10,097 nucleotides of DNA, taken from positions 1 through 10,097 of the forward strand of contig JBFRWI010000223.1 in assembly GCA_051439505.1 (NCBI GenBank), in the 5' to 3' direction. Shown one piece after another: positions 6,901 through 10,097 of the stretch. The notes under the pieces were generated by a model. The model was not told where the DNA came from and searched no databases. It worked only from the letters and a program-made list of their open reading frames with translations. This DNA is from Hormoscilla sp. (GTDB lineage Bacteria > Cyanobacteriota > Cyanobacteriia > Cyanobacteriales > Desertifilaceae). Within the stretch, counting starts at the first letter, position 1. Each line of letters opens with the position of its first letter. The position numbers and the translations under genes are program-made.

Positions 6901-9535
6901 AAACCTGAGATCGGGCGCTCATATAGGTGAGGGAGGATCGATATCAGTAACGGCCACAGGTGACGTGACTACAGGTGCGATCGACTCTAGTTCTGCTGGT
7001 AGCGCCCGGGGTGGGAACATCACCATCAACGCGACAAATGGGAAAATTGATACCCTGACAGGAGAAATAATTTCAAGTTCGGCTCGGGGTGATGGGGGAA
7101 GCATTACCATGGTAGCAGCAGGGGACATTATTACTGGCGCGAGTGTGGTTGCGAGTGGGGGCACTAATGGGGGGGCGATCGCCCTTCAGAGCGATGGGGG
7201 AAGTATAGATGCTGGTACAATAGAGAGCGCCTCTGTTGCTGGCAGTGGAGGGGATATTACGAGTCAAGCAGGGATGGGAACGATAAAAACTGGCAATCTC
7301 AATGCTAGCGGACAAGCACAAGGTGGACAACTCTCTATAGGGGCCGATCGGGCGATCGCAACGGGACAAATAAATACCAATGCCGAGGTGGGAAATGGGG
7401 GTTCGACGACCCTCACGACAAATGGTGATATCTCGGTTGAATTCATTAATGCAGAAGGGGGGCCCGAGGGCCTCGGAGGAGATGTTTCTATTGCAGGGGA
7501 GCTATTTCGGGCAACAGATGGGTTTGAAACATCCGCTACTAGCACCAATGAAGCAAGCATTTCGACCGCAGGTGGCCTGGGCGGTGGGGCGATCGCCATT
7601 CGTCACGCGGGGGGGAGTCAGTTGGAAGCTTTTAATATTGGGGATGGGAGCGTTAATGGCACGGCAGCGGCGATTACCACTGGAGAGGATACCATAGAAC
7701 CATCCCAGTCTTTTGCTGGTGGGAGCAACTTGGGAAATATTACGATTGAAACAAAGAGTCCTGGAATACCGCTTTCCGAAGAAAATCCGCCGCCAGAAGA
7801 CCCGCCCGCGCCACCGGAAGAAGATTTAACGCCAGGAGAAGAAATGATCGATCCTCCTGAAGATCTATCGGAAGAACCACCTGTAGACTTGTCTCCAGAA
7901 GAAGACTCTGGACCCATATCTATTGAACCGCCAGTGTCAGAAGATGAGGTGACATCACCAGCAGAACCAAGTCCGGAACCAGATGCAGTTAACGATCCTG
8001 AAGAGATCGGCGAACCACCTGAAGATTTAAGCGAACCAGATGAAAATTTACCACCACAAGATGAAATAGTCTTGGATGACGCTCCCATCTCAGAAGAAGC
8101 AACGGAGACGGAAAATCAAGACATCCAGACAGAAGCAGATGCCGAAACAGAATTAGAGGAACCACCAAGAGCTCCTGTGGAAAGCATATCGTTCCAGAAT
8201 TCCCCGGCGAGCGATCGCGCATTATTACAGGACTTCTCCGAACGGGAAGCGGAGTTCACAAATCAGTTTGCCGAGTATTTACAGATCCCTTCTGACAAGT
8301 ATAAGGTGCGGACTCTAGATGATGCTCGCCATCTTCTGGGTAAAATTGAACAGTCCAGTAAGGTTAAGCCAGCGATTATCTATATCAGTTTTGTGCCTTC
8401 CCAGCAAAAGGATGGGATAGATAAAGGAGAAGAGAAGTCATCGTTAATCTGGGAAAATCAGCTGCTGGGAAAATCAGCGCCTAACCTGGAGTCAGACTAT
8501 TTGGAGTTGGTGCTGGTGACGGCGGAGGGCCTGCCAGTCCGCTATAGAATTGAAGATGCTACCCGATCGCGCGTGATGTCCACAGCGAAGGAGTTCTATC
8601 GGGAAGTCACGAATCGGAGGAAAATTGATACTACAAGCTATCTGCCCTCAGCCCAACAACTTTACCGGTGGATGATCCAACCACTGGGGGCTGATTTGCA
8701 AGGACGGGGGATCCAGAATTTGGTGTTTATCATGGATGGGGGGTTGCGTTCTCTGCCCCTAGCGGCCCTCCATGATGGTGAGGAGTTTCTGGTGCAGCAA
8801 TATAGCTTCGGTCTGATGCCCAGCTTGACTTTATCTGATACTAGCTATGTGGATATCAAGAAAAAGAATCTGCTGGCAATGGGGGCCTCGGAGTTTCTGG
8901 AACATAGCCCCTTGCCAGCGGTGCCTATAGAGATCGAGAAGATCGTCCAGGAGTGGGGCGGCGAGTCTTTCTTGAACCAGGCTTTTACTTTTGCTAATCT
9001 GAAGGGCCAACTACAGAAAGGGTCCTATGGGATAATTCACCTAGCTACCCATGCGGAGTTCCGACCGGGTACACCTCGTAACTCCTATATTCAACTGTGG
9101 TCCGATCGCAAGCTCCATTTAGACCAAATGGAACAGTTGGGTTGGGATAAACTGCAAGTGGATCTGGTGGTGCTGAGTGCTTGCCAGACGGCCCTGGGTA
9201 ATGAAGAGGCGGAGTTTGGTTTTGCTGGGTTTGCGGTGAAGGCGGGAGTGAAGTCAGTTTTGGCTTCTTTATGGTATGTCAGTGATGAGGGTACTTTGGG
9301 ACTGATGACGGAGTTTTACGGACAGTTGAAAAATGCCCCTATTAAGGCAGAGGCCCTCCGCCAGGCCCAGATGGCCATGATTGCAGGGCGCATCCGCTTG
9401 GAGGGCGATCGGCTGTATCTGCCGGCAGTAGCAGAAGGCATCTCTTTGCCACCAACCCTCAGAGGCATCCAGCAGACATCCCTATCCCATCCTTACTTCT
9501 GGTCTGCTTTTACTATGATCGGCAACCCTTGGTAA
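3992..9535 (+). CDS. Filamentous haemagglutinin N-terminal (TPS) domain exoprotein with C-terminal CHAT (caspase-like peptidase) domain
   Basis: Signal-peptide-like N-terminus (KMPRVKLLLLVTLSFAASVGASPAKG/Q). TPS motifs NLFHSFSQFNL, NILGRINGGDPSVING and NLYLMNPAGIIFGPNASLD. Many GG[ND]ITL beta-helix repeats. P/E/D-rich linker at about 7760-8176. CHAT motifs AQQLYRWMIQPL, DGGLRSLPLAAL, GIIHLATHAEF, LVVLSACQTALG, VLASLWYVSD and HPYFWSAFTMIGNPW. GTG start has an RBS; alternative ATG at 4010. Confidence 0.93.
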   Translation: MNSIVKMPRVKLLLLVTLSFAASVGASPAKGQPIVPAPDGTDTQINNSGDTYNITGGQLSGDRANLFHSFSQFNLSEGQIANFLSHPEIQNILGRINGGDPSVINGLIQVTGGNSNLYLMNPAGIIFGPNASLDVPAAFNASTATGIGFDDNWFYAFGENDWASLVGTPNTFRFDPIAPGSILNEGNLTVATGESITLLGGTVINTGTIKAPSGTITLHAVPGQSLLRISQAGQLLSLDITPETDVPITPLSLPELLTGTDIKHASSVSVNEQGQVLLTGSGITVSPSGGVAIASGTLDGSSSSETEPAAGGTVRVMGGSVGVVDANINVSGDDGGNVLIGGDGTSQVYIGNDGAIAADGMRSKGGYVRVAAEEMTGFYGTITARGDSSAATNGGRVEVIGRGGLDVTNASVDASALRGNQGTWLLESGNIIIGNNLLEGEIADIFDRTEAMVNADDISSALDNGTNVTIASRPVGSTQHFGQITVISAIKKTDGVQNTLSLNAANEIFVNGQIISDAGKLNVLVSAGGDITFDSASIFSNGGYIRLTSNSSNIFAGEIRSGSLEGGNGGDITLEASSGAIATGNIDSSAFIQSRGGNVELRASDNITTGNINAAGPISSGDITLKGPVILERDILIESGNGGSITFEGTVDGNQQLTLNSGTGTVQFNDTVGKDIRLSGLDIVSENIGIADGVYTGGDQRFEGLITLTESATFDAGSGTIAFHEDLRADAANLTITADEIEIMGFLRGSGSLLLQPGTRSRNIALGSDRETESLSLTNSELNAIEDWLNITIGRSNSRGRITVTGDVSFKTPEVKLRSPVWRGAIDSSNGTITNRGSIELQASANIASGNITAGNSIGIVSERGNVDTRGGTISGGAIAITAAEDVNVGNISASARNGGNGGNIYIEAGGSINGEPGTKIDAVSVEGEGGNITLGSGRDIHTSNLNSSGQNGGGDITLNSSGNIDTSSGNLRSGAHIGEGGSISVTATGDVTTGAIDSSSAGSARGGNITINATNGKIDTLTGEIISSSARGDGGSITMVAAGDIITGASVVASGGTNGGAIALQSDGGSIDAGTIESASVAGSGGDITSQAGMGTIKTGNLNASGQAQGGQLSIGADRAIATGQINTNAEVGNGGSTTLTTNGDISVEFINAEGGPEGLGGDVSIAGELFRATDGFETSATSTNEASISTAGGLGGGAIAIRHAGGSQLEAFNIGDGSVNGTAAAITTGEDTIEPSQSFAGGSNLGNITIETKSPGIPLSEENPPPEDPPAPPEEDLTPGEEMIDPPEDLSEEPPVDLSPEEDSGPISIEPPVSEDEVTSPAEPSPEPDAVNDPEEIGEPPEDLSEPDENLPPQDEIVLDDAPISEEATETENQDIQTEADAETELEEPPRAPVESISFQNSPASDRALLQDFSEREAEFTNQFAEYLQIPSDKYKVRTLDDARHLLGKIEQSSKVKPAIIYISFVPSQQKDGIDKGEEKSSLIWENQLLGKSAPNLESDYLELVLVTAEGLPVRYRIEDATRSRVMSTAKEFYREVTNRRKIDTTSYLPSAQQLYRWMIQPLGADLQGRGIQNLVFIMDGGLRSLPLAALHDGEEFLVQQYSFGLMPSLTLSDTSYVDIKKKNLLAMGASEFLEHSPLPAVPIEIEKIVQEWGGESFLNQAFTFANLKGQLQKGSYGIIHLATHAEFRPGTPRNSYIQLWSDRKLHLDQMEQLGWDKLQVDLVVLSACQTALGNEEAEFGFAGFAVKAGVKSVLASLWYVSDEGTLGLMTEFYGQLKNAPIKAEALRQAQMAMIAGRIRLEGDRLYLPAVAEGISLPPTLRGIQQTSLSHPYFWSAFTMIGNPW

Positions 9536-9551
9536 TTCTGAGGGGAAGAGT

Positions 9552-9682
9552 GGCCAAGAATATTGCAAGAAACCCGGTTTCTGGCCACGAGCGACAAGCG
9601 GATAAGAAACCGGGTTTCTGCGACTTGCTTATGTGCTAAGGCCAAGAATATTGCGAGAAACCCGGTTTCTGGCCACGAGCGA
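9552..9682. repeat. AGAAACC[CG]GGTTTCT palindrome cluster within a 43-bp direct repeat
   Basis: GGCCAAGAATATTGC[AG]AGAAACCCGGTTTCTGGCCACGAGCGA at 9552-9594 and 9640-9682 (1 mismatch, 88-bp period). 15-bp palindromes at 9568-9582, 9605-9619 (opposite orientation) and 9656-9670. Confidence 0.88.
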
Positions 9683-9727
9683 TCGTTCCATTGGCACACC
9701 GGAGACCTCGCGGGGGGCAGGGGTGCG

Positions 9728-9774
9728 GTTCTCCGTTCGGAGTTCGGAGTTCGGAGTTCGGAGTTGGGGATCTC
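9728..9774. repeat. Short tandem heptamer repeat (STRR-like, GTTCGGA x4)
   Basis: Reads GTTCTCC (GTTCGGA)4 GTTGGGG ATCTC. Confidence 0.88.
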
Positions 9775-9784
9775 TTTAACGCAA

Positions 9785-10097
9785 TCATGCAGTCAGATGA
9801 TCCGACCAATGCGGTCAGACGATCCGACCAATGCTGTCAGACCATCCGACCAATGCTGTCAGACCATCTGACCAATGCTGTCAGATGATCCGACCAATGC
9901 TGTCAGACCATCGGACTGCTGCGGGGAGATCCTCGGACTGCGGCGGGGAGATCATCGGACTGCGGCGGGGAGAGCCTCGGACTGCGGCGGGGAGAGGCTC
10001 GGACTGCGGCGGGGCGAGGATCCGTCAGCGGCTCTCAGACGAGCCGACGGCGGCGCGCAGACGATCCGACTGCGGCGGGGAGACGATCCGAGGCGGT
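9785..10097. repeat. 22-bp-period tandem array, 14 full units, truncated by window end
   Basis: Units start at 9785, 9807, 9829 ... 10071 with no indels. Units 2-6 approximate CAATGCTGTCAGACCATCCGAC; units 7-11 and 14 approximate TGCGGCGGGGAGANNNTC[GC]GAC. Confidence 0.9.

Larger units (their letters stand above)
2490..8218. repeat. HIP1 (GCGATCGC) octamers, dispersed
   Basis: Perfect sites counted by eye at 2490, 3638, 4865, 5054, 5729, 6442, 6623, 7175, 7352, 7589 and 8211, plus many 7/8 matches; HIP1 is a hallmark of cyanobacterial genomes. Confidence 0.9.

Noticed and set aside
4034..8222. Long minus-strand ORFs such as 5479..5952, 5953..6702 and 7618..8088
   Set aside because: Antisense to the TpsA-CHAT gene; Pro/Ile/Ser-rich translations are the expected mirror of Gly/Asn/Asp-rich codons.
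9493..9888. Small ORFs after the CHAT gene as a candidate immunity or substrate gene
   Set aside because: Their translations (RNPVS/ETGFL, SEFGVRS, SDDPTNAVR) derive directly from non-coding palindromes, heptamers and the 22-bp array.
9552..10097. CRISPR array
   Set aside because: The 43-bp repeat has only two copies with a related palindrome between them; the 22-bp units are contiguous without unique spacers; no cas genes are present.

Overview
Cyanobacterial-type DNA (11 perfect HIP1 GCGATCGC sites counted) with two large co-oriented + strand genes for predicted extracellular proteins. The first (<3..2870) is the 3' part of a gene with at least 7 complete SdrD B-like/Cna-B-type repeats and two copies of an RTX/T1SS-type terminal module; its start lies upstream of the window. 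The second (3992..9535) encodes a 1847-aa TpsA/filamentous-haemagglutinin-like exoprotein with a signal peptide, TPS domain, beta-helix repeats, an acidic Pro-rich linker and a C-terminal CHAT (caspase-like, clan CD) domain with an intact His/Cys dyad. The 1.1-kb intergenic region holds a strong terminator, a 217-bp MITE with terminal inverted repeats (TIRs) and a 9-bp target-site duplication (TSD), and several REP-like hairpins and short tandem repeats. The 3' end holds palindromic repeats, a heptamer run and a strictly 22-bp-periodic tandem array that changes sequence halfway along and runs off the window. I found no RNA genes, CRISPR array or transposase. I cannot claim a wholly new system; the best leads are the 22-bp array, the MITE family and the TpsA-CHAT fusion. 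All family assignments come from motif recognition by eye, not database searches.
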